DNA from: Octopus sinensis
Taxonomy: Eukaryota
Direction of reading: 5' to 3'
DNA length: 64,000 bases
NCBI RefSeq assembly: GCF_006345805.1
Contig: NC_043004.1
Coordinates: 4,960,001 to 5,024,000, forward strand
Shown here: one piece after another, positions 13,800 through 26,970 of the stretch
Numbering within the stretch: position 1 is the stretch's first letter
How the letters are laid out: each line of letters opens with the position of its first letter
Translations under genes and position numbers: made by a program
Notes under the pieces: model-generated
The model's database searches: none
Seen by the model: only the letters and a program-made list of their open reading frames with translations
What the model was told of the DNA's origin: nothing

Positions 13800-14408
13800 T
13801 GTAAAGGCTGTAAGACATGACATGGCCATCAAGAAAACCAATTTCCCCCAAAACTGTAATGGTCTTTGTGTGTGATTCCAGTAAGGGTGACGACTTGCCA
13901 CCCCACATCTTTGAACAGGGCTTCGGGTTCAATTCAGACGGTTATGTGAAACGGCTGGAGATTGTGGTCAAACTCTGGCTGGAAAGAGTTGCTGTGGAGT
14001 GCCAGCAGGATTCGGCTCTTTGTCATACCGCCAAAAAGAGTCACAAGTGCTTAATGGAGAATTTTTACGAATTCACCAGCCCCGGTTTTTGGCCGCCTAA
14101 TTCCTCTGATTTAATCCCATTGATTACTATATGTGGGATGCAGTTAAGAAAGGCACCTACGGCTCGGTCTCCAAACACCAAGGCCGAACTGGTTTTCAAG
14201 ATCAAGGAGGTGTTTGAATATCTTCCCAGGGACAAAGTCAGGAACGCATGCGCCAGATTCTGGATCCCTCTTGAGACCCCTTGATGGAGGCTGCTTTGAG
14301 TAAACTGTCACCTTCAAGCCATAATCTAGTTGATATTTTTTATATGGAGATATTGTGGGGTTTTTTCCCTTTCTTGCAAACTGTCACATTTAGCCAGATC
14401 ACCTTGTA
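13800..14408 (+). pseudogene. Tc1/mariner-superfamily transposase remnant
   Basis: PKTVMVF..QQDSALCH..FWPPNSSDLIP corresponds to the QQD.AP.H and WPPNSPDLNP motifs. Frameshifted. Confidence 0.8.
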
Positions 14409-15821
14409 GTTCCTCTGATCCAACAACCTTGGGACTTAGTACGCGCTAGATTATCAAACATGCAGTGTATTGGAACTCAGTCTAAAAAAACAATGTTTTC
14501 TTTTTAATCAGGTCATCAAATATACAACACTATCTTCCAGCAGCTTCATATCGCCCGACTTCTTTCCGAGAGACAAAATTAAATTTGCTAACACCGCAGT
14601 CATACTTTAAAGTTTGTAAACCACCCAACTGAAAACACAAGTTTCCATGATGCCCATATCTGCGTGTAATTGTCTGATGTTTTTCAATGACCGTATGATC
14701 TGTATTCACCATACACTCGGATTACTTTGCGCTAATACGCTAAAATAACAGCACATCGAGTTCTGAAAGTGTTCATATTTTCTTTTAAGGTTTACCGCAC
14801 ATCAAAATATCGTTACTTGTCTCTAAATCAACCATTAACTACATAAATTAACCCTTTTGTTCTCAACGTCATAAATTATTGAAGCGTCCATGTTATATTC
14901 CCTTGTAGTACTGTTACGGTTTTCAGTTCATTTCAAACGCTGTATTATTTCAATTGCAGCTGAACTGTAGGAGCTGCATACATCATGTTCACATGATAAC
15001 TAAATTCGTTATTCTTGTAAATAAATATTAGAAGGCGACGAGCTGGCAGAAACGTTAGCACGCCGGGCGAAATGCTTAGCAGTATTTCGTCTGTCTTTAC
15101 GTTCTGAGTTCAAATTCCGCCGAGGTCGACTTTGCCTAGAGTAGAGTAGAAAAGAAAAGTATGTCAGCAATGGAGGCTTCTGGTTGACTAAAATTACACA
15201 ACTTCGAAAATCTGTAACTTTTCTGCCATTATTTCAAAGAAGAAATATGAGTGGAATTTTCGTTCTTAGCCTGCAAAACTGCAAATGTTATCTCCTCGGT
15301 AAAAAAAATAAAGGTAAGGGGAAGGGTGGACATACTCCGACTGGACACATGCTAAAGCCGTAATAGTACACAGCACCTTAAAGTATCTTAGAGCGCACTC
15401 TTCTGCTGATGTTTCTATTCATTTGTCTGTCTGTTCGTCTCTGACTTATTGTGCTATCCAAATCACAAATCAATTTAATATTTCAAAATGACGTTAGGGA
15501 CAAATTGATGATAACTTGATACTTTCTTATCTTTTTCTCCATTCTAATCTTTATTAGTGTCCTTCCCTTCACTCCACCAACACCACCGCCGCCGCCGCCA
15601 CCGCCCCCAACAAACAATACTGAAACGGAGAAACAACAGACAAAAGTAAAATTTAATAACTTTTGCTCTAGCGCAAGCGCATCATTTACTTTATTGATTC
15701 GTTCGATTCCTTTGAGCAAGAGATCTGAAACTTAAATTTTATCAATTTGATTGATCCCTTATGTATTGGCGATGTAACGAAATAATTCTTCTGGAATATT
15801 ACCATGAGAACCAATGTTGAA

Positions 15822-15856
<35 letters not shown>

Positions 15857-16818
15857 AATAATGGAAGATGATAAGGGAAAAAATTATCGAAAATACGGGG
15901 TGGGGGTTGTCTCTCTGCAGCTCTACACACACATCATTACTTGTACGTAGTAAAATCGATAAATGGTTCAGTGAACTTGCCGTTTGGAGTAGGAAATAGA
16001 ACGTTTCGGACAGAGGTCATTCTTCAGGGAAAAGTTGACCAGAAAGAAATTAATGAAAGACAGGGGAGCTTTACATCCTCTAAGCTTATTACACTCTTCT
16101 TATCGAATTAGTTCAATAGTACCAATCTTGCCGATGCCGATCAACACAAGTCCCTTTAGAGCCATTTCGATCATATATTTCTCATATATATCAACACGCT
16201 CCATCCCCTATATAGCCACTCGCCTTGCTAGATATAGCAGTCAAAATTACCAAGCTGCTCTATTTTTTAAATATATTGAAAAATGTAGCCTTAGATACAC
16301 TGTTAGAATAAAAGACAGAATGGTCTTGGCTGGAAAGCGTTTGATCATAGGTCAGCTTCATCATTGCTAACCCAGGGCTAAATAACAGCAGCAACATATT
16401 ATTCATTACAGCTGAAACTAAAATAAAGTTGTCGAATCCAGAGAAACACGACAAAAATTCCATTAGTGAGGTACACAATTTGAAGTGGTAACTATAAACA
16501 TATACTGTTCACCAACGAACGCCGCAGGTAATCTTAATTAACAGCGTGAGTGTGCGCTTTAATACAAAAAATTGCGCCAATGAGAAAGAAATATAAGAAT
16601 ACATAATACGAGATGTAGAGTTTTATATTTATGAGAAGCTAAAAATTTCATCGATCGTAACATCGAGTTTCATGTTTTCGATCGTCAGAATATGTATACA
16701 CAGACACACACAACTATATAAATATACATATATGCACACACGCGGATGGATATATTAGTACATTTACAGATATATACATAAATACATACACACACGACAT
16801 GAACACACGCACACGCAC

Positions 16819-16886
<68 letters not shown>

Positions 16887-17179
16887 TACACACTCTCTCT
16901 CACACACACACGTGATGTGGAGGCACGTAACTCACTGATTAAAGTGTTGCAATCATGATCTTGAGATTCTGGTTTCGATTCCTGGACCGAGCGATGCGTT
17001 TTCATTTCAGGTTGCTTCAGTCCACTCAGCTGGCAAAAGTGAGTTATTCTGCGACAGACTGGCGTCCCATCCGGGTTGGGTGTGGAGATATATACGTCAC
17101 AGAATCCGGGAAAACAGCCTTATGAGCTTTTGGCTCAGGGAGGACTTTTATAAATACCCGATACGACATGTTCTTTTCT

Positions 17180-17380
17180 TTTTTTATTCCTTTCAGTCAT
17201 TTCACTGTGGCCATGCTGGAACACCGCCTTTAGTCGAACAAACTGACCCCAGGATTTATTCTTTGCAAGCCTTGTACTTATTTTACGGTGTCTTTTGCCG
17301 AACCGCTAAGTCACAAGTAAACACACCATCGATTGTCAAGCAATGGTGGGAGATAGCACAAACATACAAACACACACACG

Positions 17381-17465
<85 letters not shown>

Positions 17466-17650
17466 CATATATATATATACACATACATCACGGACTTCTT
17501 TCAGTTTCCGTCAACCAAATCCACTCAGAAGGCTTTGGTCAGCCTGAGGTTATAGTATAAGACACTTGCCCAAGGTGCCACGCAGTGGGACTGAACCCGG
17601 AACCATGTAGTTGGGAAGCAAGCTTCTTACCACATAGCCACACATGTGCC
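17180..17650 (-). mobile_element. SINE family B copy
   Basis: Full-length alignment to the 8785-9178 copy, with an expanded internal CA/TA tract. Confidence 0.85.
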
Positions 17651-18230
17651 TATATATTTGTGATTTAAAATTATCTCTACCTCTAGAGAAAATGCTTTAG
17701 TTACAAAAGGCTAATTAGGAGCAACTCCTTATAAGAGTCTTGGACATGAGTTTCTACTGCAATACATTTCTCGTTTGTTTGTTTCAGTCATTGGGTTGTG
17801 ACCATGCTGGAGCACTATTCTGAAGAATCTTTAGTCAAATGGAAACGAGCCCAACACTTTTTTCTTTAACCTAGTACTTATTCTATCGGTCTCTATAGCC
17901 GAAATGCTAAGTTATGGGTATGTAAACACACCAGCACTGGTTGTCAAGCGATGTTGACTTGTAAACCTTTATTCTTGGCAATATATCATGGTCGCGAAAC
18001 GAAATACTGTGCCCTTATTTTTTTTTTCTTTTATTCTTTTACTCGTTTCAGTCATTTGACTGCGGCCATGCTGGAGCACTGCATTTAGTCGAACAAATCG
18101 ACCCCAGGACTTATTCTTTGTAAGCCTAGTACTTATTCTATTGATCTAAGTTACGGAAACGTAAACACACCAACATCAGTTGTCAAGCGATGTTGGGGGG
18201 ACAAACACAGACACACAAATACATACATAT

Positions 18231-18305
<75 letters not shown>

Positions 18306-18398
18306 TAGATATAGATACATATACACATACGACGGGCTTCTTTCAGTTTCCGTCTACCAAATTCACTCACAAGTCTTTGGGCTACACATCCACTCATA

Positions 18399-19660
18399 TT
18401 AGGTTTCCGGAAAGTTCTGAGCGTTTTTTTAATATGCAAAAGGTGGTATAAATAATTAACCTTTCAATAAATTTTATTCAGTGAAATAATTTCCATTATT
18501 ATTAATGACCTTTGCCCATCTATCGAGCGATTTAAATATTCCATCAGTATGAAAATTGACTGGCTTTTGAAGGAAAAAAGTTATCTAAATGCATTTTTCT
18601 CCATCTAAATCATTTATTGTTTTTCCTTGCAATGAGTTCTGGAGAGATAAAATCAAGTGGTAGTCGGTGGGAGCAATATCAGGAGAATATGGTGGATGGG
18701 GTAAGAGATCCCAGTCAAGTTCATGTAACTTTGTTCGGGTAGCCAAAGACATATGCGGTTGGGCATTGTCTTGTTGGAACCCTATCCCTTTCCTGATGGC
18801 GATCTCCTGCCTCAATTCTTTGAATTATTTGGTTCAAATTAGCCAGCTGACAACAGTACACATCAGAATTCATGGTCTGGTTTTGTGAGAGAAACTCAAT
18901 AAATAATGCTTGTTTGATCCCACCAAACACAAAGCATGACCTTTTTCGCATGGATATTCGTTTTTAATTGCTGTTTTGGGAAATCCTTACGTAAACTTCA
19001 GGATCTTTTTTCACGCTGTGTTTTTGTACATAATCCATTCTTCATCTCTAGTCACAAGTTGTTTCAAAAAAAGGCAAGCTTTCATTCCGTTTCATAAGTA
19101 TATCACAAACAGAATACCAGTCCAAGTAATTCTTTTCTGAAAGTTTGTGAGGGATCCATACATTATAGCGAAAAATGTGTCCTAATTCCACTAGGCGTTC
19201 ATGAGTCATACATTTAGAAACTTCCAACTTCTCTACAAGTTCTCGAGTGATATTTCAGTTTTCTTCGATTTTTGCCTTCAAAACTTCTTCATACAATTCT
19301 GAAGGTCTTCCACTGCGACTGCCATCTTCCAATCTAAACTCACCAGCTTCAAATTTCGAGAACCACCCTCAAACAAATGAATTACCTACAGCATCATCAC
19401 CAAAATCTTTACAAATGTTTTTGCAAATTTTTGCAGAATTTTCTCCTTTCAAAAAAAAAAAAAAGAAAAGCATTACAACACGAATATGAAACTTTTGATT
19501 ATCCATTTCAAATGTCTATAAAGGGTAACCGGAATGAAAGATAAATCTATGTTTAGTCAGGAACAAAGAAGAGATGCACTACCACTTCAAGCAACGCCAA
19601 AGTTTTAACTGTTACGTTTCAGGTGTGTACAAGGAAGCGATGAAATATTTCGTTTAAAAA
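18399..19660 (-). mobile_element. Near full-length decayed mariner (DD34D-type) transposon
   Basis: ATG at 19506, HTH region ..WFSKFEAGEFRLEDGSRSGRP, LVTRDEEW, FQQDNAQPH and HPPYSPDIAPTDYHL. TIR ttaggtttccggaaagttctgagcgttttt with a partial inverse at 19636-19651. Stops and frameshifts present. Confidence 0.88.
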
Positions 19661-20103
19661 CAGTCAGAACCAAAGGCATTATAACGTCTGTAAATGAGAT
19701 ATTTGAGGGGGGAAAAACGCTTGAGCAATGCAAATGAGAATTTATGCAAAATATGCAGAGGGATACTAATAACTGGAGAGACAGACAGAGAGAGAGAGAG
19801 AGAAATATATTGTAATATCTTATATAGGCTGTTCAATGACCTTGTAATAAATATTTCGTGAGGAACATTCCCTTTCTCACATAGAAGAAAGCGAACGATA
19901 CAGGAAATCGTTATTATCTGCAGGCTATACGAGAGTGTTATGACAAAAAGCAATGATGTATTACCGATTTTTTAAATATACTATAGTAGTGTTAACTTAT
20001 GTAGTATATATTTTTCTTTGCTTTCATTTATTGTAATCATCATATATATATTTTGCTAACGCTTAACCTACATTGCTCAAAGGATTTTACAAATATTTAT
20101 TCC

Positions 20104-20136
<33 letters not shown>

Positions 20137-20137
<1 letters not shown>

Positions 20138-20508
20138 CTCGCTCTGATACTGAGTTGAGTTGGTGCTTTCTAGTATCTCAAAATTCAATATATAATCATT
20201 TATGATTATAGTATTCTACGCTGAAGAGAAAAGAAGTTTTGGTAAGGTAGAATTATTTAATATTTAATTCTTATGCTTTCCTAAAAGCTTGATTTCGAAA
20301 CGTGCGTCCGTAGATAACTTAAAATTGTATGATAGATTGCCGTCAATTCATTCTCTCTTACCTGTTTGTGTCTGCCTTCCAATTGCTGTTTTTACTGAGA
20401 TCTCCCTTTTTAGTAGAAGAAATAGTTATAACTCTTTGACTGCTATTTCTAAATTCGGTATGTGGTAAGGCAATTCGTTGCTAAACCCTTTATTGCTTAG
20501 TATTACTT
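20137..20508 (+). mobile_element. (TA)n-flanked hammerhead element; a 3' fragment of the same family lies at about 4140-4272
   Basis: Hammerhead at 20215-20314. Its 3' ~125 bp (..gactgctatttctaaattcg..gttgctaaaccctt..cttagtat) aligns with 4150-4272. Confidence 0.7.
20215..20314 (+). ncRNA. Type I hammerhead ribozyme, intact core, long stem II
   Basis: TCTACG-CTGAAGA-GAAA..(69 nt hairpin)..TTTC-GAAA-C-GTGC-G-TC-CGTAGA. Stem I is a perfect 6 bp; GUC triplet at 20306-20308. Confidence 0.85.
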
Positions 20509-20525
20509 ATATATATATATATATA

Positions 20526-20562
<37 letters not shown>

Positions 20563-20584
20563 GAGTAAATATAAGTATATAGGT

Positions 20585-20624
<40 letters not shown>

Positions 20625-20950
20625 ATTGTAATATCTTACATAGTCTGTTCAATGGCCTTGTAATATTTCACGGGGAAAATTCCCTTTCTCACATAGAAGA
20701 AAGCAAAAGATATAAGCAGTTTAAGAAATCGTTATAATCTGCAGACTATACGAGAGTGTTATGACAAAAAGCATTGATGTATTACTGATTTTTTAATATA
20801 TTATAGCAGTGTTAACTTATGTAGTATATTTTAACATTTTCTACCTTGACTTTTTTTCCATATATATATATTTTTTTTTTTTTTTTAATTTATTTTATAG
20901 AAGGAGCTTCTACAGACTAGAACTGTTTGATTCAAATGAAATCTTCAGGA

Positions 20951-21001
20951 AGCTTCCTGAAGATTTCATTTGAATGAAACAGTTCTAGTCCTGTAGAAGC
21001 T
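20951..21001 (+). ncRNA. Type I hammerhead ribozyme, intact core, inside a palindrome
   Basis: AGCTTC-CTGAAGA-TTTCATTTGAAT-GAAA-CAG-TTCTAGTC-CTG-TA-GAAGCT. Stem I 6 bp, stem III ACAG/CTGT, GUA triplet, U-U at the base of a short stem II. Confidence 0.78.
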
Positions 21002-21083
21002 CCTTCTATAAAATAAATTAATTTACTCTGCTATGTATTGAGTACCTTATTAACTGTGGTTAACCCCGACTCAACCCGGGACC

Positions 21084-21156
<73 letters not shown>

Positions 21157-21509
21157 CAATAAATGGTGAAAAGCCAGGGTGTGTTGCGTTCCGTTAACTT
21201 ATAAAGAAGAAATGTATAGTAATTACACAAACAAAAAGTAATAAACGTATAACGTATGTTGAGTAAACAAACAGACAGACTCGTCTGTCTCGTCTGTTTG
21301 TGCACTCAATTATACGGTTGTTGTTTTTTTTTTACTTTTCGTTTGTGTATTTACTATACATTTTTTTATCATATATATATATATATATCACAATCAAGGA
21401 ACGGCCATAATAGGCCATTCACCCACTAGAAATAACAGCCAAAAGCTTCAACCGCAAAATAACATCAATTCCGTAAACCAGGAGAAAATTAAAAAACATT
21501 TACCCTGTA

Positions 21510-21616
21510 ATTTCTTATACGATGCACCGTTTCATCTACTGTTTAATGGTAAACTAACCTGATTAAATTAAATCAAGCCAATCTACCATAGGCCCTTAGA
21601 ATCATCAGTAAGAAAT
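21510..21616 (-). ncRNA. Type I hammerhead ribozyme, intact core, long stem II
   Basis: Minus strand: ATTTCTTA-CTGATGA-TTCTA..TAGAT-GAAA-CGG-TGCA-TCG-TA-TAAGAAAT. Stem I is a perfect 8 bp; stem II includes ATGGTAGATTGGCTTGATT/AATCAGGTTAGTTTACCAT. Confidence 0.85.
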
Positions 21617-21847
21617 AGCCAAGTCGGACAGATATTTTTCACGAGGCATTTCCGTCCCTGCCTCGGCAATATCTGACCTAAAATTTTCAAATCATCGCAC
21701 TCGCGCCAAATTTATCGGCAGCAAATAAATATAAGCCGCCGATTCCATTACGGAATTAACCAGAAAATTCATAATTAATCAATATAGGGTGGCAAAAAAT
21801 TTTTTGTAGAATTTTTTTGTAGAATTTTTTTGCCACCAGCGGCCTAG

Positions 21848-21910
<63 letters not shown>

Positions 21911-22117
21911 GTCGTTCAATGCTCGAAATGAGGAGTAGATGACAGCCGACAACTGTGAAAGGTTGTTCTTTGTGTTACTTGTCCTGTTTTCCATTTGTTT
22001 CTCTCGCTTGCGTATTCAACTCGTTTGTTTTCGCATCTCATGTTGTTTTCGTATTTCATGTTACTTTTTACGGTTTGTGACATCCTGTATCCATATATGC
22101 ACATATATATATATATG

Positions 22118-22233
<116 letters not shown>

Positions 22234-25200
22234 TGTGCGTGCGTATGTGTGTGTGCATATATATATAAGGATAAGATCGTTATTTAAATACTGATCTTAT
22301 CAGGTGGCCAGCATGGGAATAAAATCCTTCAAATGTAGTAATTGTTATTAAAATTATAATTTAGGGTATCTAAGAGATACCACCAGGCTGGAAATAGCAG
22401 CCAAAACGTGACTCTAAAACCACATTAAATGTTCATACAGCACCATGATGTTAGGAAGGGCCTCCAGCTGTAAAATCCATGTCAAAGTAGACAGGGAAGC
22501 TTGCCGTAGCCCTCTGGTTTGCCAGCTCTTGTCAAACTGTCCAACTCCTGCCAGCATGGAAGATAGAATTTGAATGATGACTATATGATGATGATATATA
22601 TAAATATATAAAAACATATGCATACATACGTACATACATCTCGTGGCACTCCGTCGGTTACGACGACGAGGGTTCCAGTTGATCCGATCAACAGTAAAGC
22701 GTTCTCGTGCACTTAACGTGCTAATGGCTGATCACTCCACAAACACGTGTACCCTTAACGTAGTTCTCGGGGATATTCAGCGTGACAAGGTACAAAAGAA
22801 ACAGGAAGAGTGAAAGTTGTGGTGAAAGAATACAGTAGGGTTCGCCACCACCCCCTGCCGGAGCTTCGTGAAGCTTTAGGTGTTTTCGCTTAACAAACAC
22901 TCAGAACGTCCAGTCTAGGAATCGAAACCGCGAGTCCGCTGCCCTAACCATTGGGCCATTGCGCCTCCACATTCCAATATATATATCATCATTGTCATCA
23001 TTTAGCGTCCATTTTTCCATGTTCGCATGAGCCAGGTAGAATTTGTTGAGTTTAGATTTTCGATGGCTGGATGCCTTTCCTGCTACCAACCCTTCCCTGT
23101 ATCCAAGCAAGGAAATATTTCCCCATGGTCAGACGTGTTTTCCACAGAAGACTAGAAATGAACGTCATCACTTGTATGATGGTGATGCATGTTTACAATC
23201 ATTACATGATTTCAAGACACGGACACGGACACACACACACGCAGACGTGTTCCTTTCAGTTTCTGGGCTTTGGTCAGCTTAGGGCTATAGTAGAAGACAC
23301 TTACCCAAGTTGTCAAATAGTAGAACTGAACGCAAGACCACAAGCTTCTCCACCATATAGCCACACACACACACACATACACACGCACGCATGCGTCTGT
23401 ACACACACACACACACGCACACGTTCATCATCACTGTCCATCCACTTTCATTATTCAATGAGATGCAGAATCAAAATTCAAAATTCCTTTAGTTAGTTCT
23501 CTCCATGCCATGACACACATAAGGCCACAACACGATCTCTACAGCCAGCTGTTTTCTGCCACTGTCTTGGTCTCATTCCAGCTTCTCTACTCTTCTCATC
23601 TCCTTTCCTTGTCTCAGTAGTCCTTCACCATGTGGTTTTAGGGTGCCCTACAGCTCTTTTCCCCCTTCACGCTGTCATTTTAGTCCCACCATACAATCAC
23701 TTCCTTGATCTTGTCTGATCCAGGTCCAATGTTTGCATTTTATTTCATCATATTGATTCTTGAGAATGGTGAAAACCAGACAAAATATTTTCTAAAAAAA
23801 GTCTAATTTTTGTAATTTTTTTTTAATTCAAATTCTCACTCCTTGAACAAAAAGAAAACAAGACTGTTTACATTTAAATGTTTCTTTTTTTTATTTATTT
23901 CTTTTTCCAAGTATATTCTTTTAAAATTAACAATCAAGGGACATTCTTTAATGTTTACTGATTAACTGAGTGGCTGGGGTATGAGTATCGGAGTGTATAT
24001 GTGGTTGAGAGAATACATGTGTATGTATGAAGAACATATGAATGTGTGTATGTGTATTTCAAACCCCACTTATATGAATGTATGAGTCTGTATGTATAAG
24101 TGTGTATGTGTGAATGTGTTCAGAACCCACTAAAAGGATCTCCATGTTTTTAATTTCATTGTGTCAACTTTTCTCTTCCCTTTACAACTATATTTGGGTT
24201 TTTTTTTTAATAATAACAATTAACACATTTTTATTTAATGATTATAAGAGTGTGAGTATGAGAGCGTGTATATATACGAGGGAATATGCATTAAATGCAT
24301 ATATGTTTGTGTGAGCATGTTTGTGTTTGTGTGTCTGTTTTCCAGAACACCATTTACGAGTACTTTTATAAAATTGTTTAACCTCTTGGTTAATATACTT
24401 GGTTTCAAGTATATTAAATAAAAAATCCTTGAAGCCTAAAAATGACTCAAAAGGATTAACATATTTTTTATCTGATATATTTAACTGTACCACTACTAAA
24501 ATTACTAACCAGCAAAAAAAAAATATATATAGTAAGTAAAATAAAACCTTCAAGACAAACATTTTCTTTTTTCTGTTCTTTTTTTTTTTTTTTTTGTCTC
24601 TCTTAGTAAAATTCCTTGATGAATAATTCACTTTACCAACTTTGCAGAAAAGCTAAATGAAAAGCTAAACTGACCCTGGCAGGATTAGAACTCACAAATA
24701 TACAACATCAAACTAGCACAAAGTATCCTGTCCAATGCACTTATCTTTGCACTAAATTTCCAGCCAAATAAACAAAGAGAGAGACGGAGAGATGGAGAGA
24801 GAGAGAGAGAGAGAGATTATTCACACACAGGAATTTAACTTGCAGCCTATAAGATATATTACAAATGTCACATGAAAATTTAACAATTGGATCAATAACA
24901 GATCTCACTTGAAGAAATGTTCCCGATGAAAGAGTTTTATTACAAAGCAGCAAAATAGTCTATGATCACTCATTCTGATATAAATATTACAGACAATACT
25001 GATAGCAGTTTAAAGATATGACTAGCAACAGCAATAATTGGCCCTAATTTTTACTAGGAACAATGTGAAGCCTGTACTCATTATTACCATACTGAAAACA
25101 CTGTTAACATTTCATTACATTTTTTTTTAACATCATACTTTTACCGAGGGCAGTATTGCATTCTATCAGTATTAAAAACTGACAGAAAATATTTAGCTGT

Positions 25201-25654
25201 AATCTTCTTTCAGTATAACAAACTTCGCACATAAACTCACACACACACACACACATCAACCTTCTCTACAAAACCAGTTACAATTTATTTCAAAGACCAA
25301 CAAATAATAACAATAAGGACTTTTCTATAGTTTCTTTTACATTTTTTCTTTCTCAATTTCTTTTCTTTTTTGTTTTGTTTCAAGGAGAGAAGTGTAGGCC
25401 CAAGAGTGATAGAATGAGTAGAGGGTGGAGTCGATTCCTTTTTGACTTCCTGATATATATTTATTAGCAATTATTTCATTATTCCCAGAGACACTGTAAC
25501 AAAGCTACCCCTGGAAGAATTTGAAGTCTGAGAAGCCAGTTAAGAAAGTAGATACTCTATAGCATCAAATATGACACATTACCATATCCAACATCTTTAC
25601 CATTTTCTATTATTGATTTTTATAATAATAATAATAATCATAATAATAATAATA

Positions 25655-26938
25655 ACCCTTTCTGCTATAGGCACAAGGCCTGAAATTTTGGGCACGGGAC
25701 TACTTGATTACATCAACCCCACTTCACAACTGGTATTATTTTATCAATCCCCAAATGGATGGAAAGCAATGTTGACCACAATGGAATTTGAACTCAGAAC
25801 GTGCAGTCTGACGAAATGCCACTAAGTGTTTCACCCAGCATGCAAAAACAATTCTCCTTGCTCACCACCTTAATAGTAATAATAATAATAATAATAATAA
25901 TCCTTTCTATAGTAGCCCCATAGCCTGGATTTTATTCAACTGGTACTTAATTTATCAGCCCCGAAGGATGAAAGGTCAAGTCAACCTCGGCAGAATTTGA
26001 ACTCAGAACATAGCGACGGCGAAATACCTCTAAGCATTTTGTCCAGTGTGCTAACAAATCTGCCAGCTCCCCACCCTAATAATAATAATAATATTAATAA
26101 TAATCCTTTCTACTATGGGCACAAGGCCTGGAATTTTTTTGGCAGAGAGGGGGTAAATCAATTACATTGACCCCATTATTCAACTGGTACTTATTTTATT
26201 GACCCCCAAAACAATGAAAGGCAAAGTCGACTTCAGCGGAATTTGAACTCAGAGCATAGCGGCAGACAAAATGCCGCTAAACATTTCACCCGGCATGCTA
26301 ACAGTTCTGCCAGCTCACCACCTTAATAATAATAATAATTATTATTATTATTATATTATTATTATTATTATTATCATTATTATTTTCTACTCTAGACACA
26401 AGGCCTTGAAAATTTTGAAGGGAGCTAGTCGATATTATCGACTAGCTCCCGACTGTCGACTTTGCCTTTCATCCTTTGGGAGTAGATAAAATCAGTACCT
26501 ATTTCTTTACTACCCACAAGGGGCTAAACACAGAGAGGACAAACAAGGACACACAAACAGATGAAGTCGATTATATCGACCCCAGTGCGTAACTGGTACT
26601 TAATTTATCGACCCCGAAAGGATGAAAGGCAAAGTCGACCTCTGAGTTCAAATTCCGCCGAGGTCGACTTTGCCTTTCATCCTTTCGGGGTCGATAAATT
26701 AAGTACCAGTTACGCACTGGGGTCGATATAATCGACTTCATCTGTTTGTGTGTCCTTGTTTGTCCTCTCTGTGTTTAGCCCCTTGTGGGTAGTAAAGAAA
26801 TAGGTACTGATTTTATCTACTCCAAAAGGATGAAAGGCAAAGTCGACTTCAACAAAATTTGAACTCAGAGCACAGCAGCAGGTGAAATACCGCTAAGCAT
26901 TTCGACCAGCAAGCTAATGATTCTGCCAGCTCACTGCC

Positions 26939-26970
<32 letters not shown>

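Noticed and set aside
15995-16035. CTGAAGA..GAAACGTT on the minus strand
   Set aside because: No stem I complementarity; at best a relic.
21910-21970. Possible type II hammerhead order (GAAA..CTGTGA)
   Set aside because: The core is incomplete and the stems are unconvincing.
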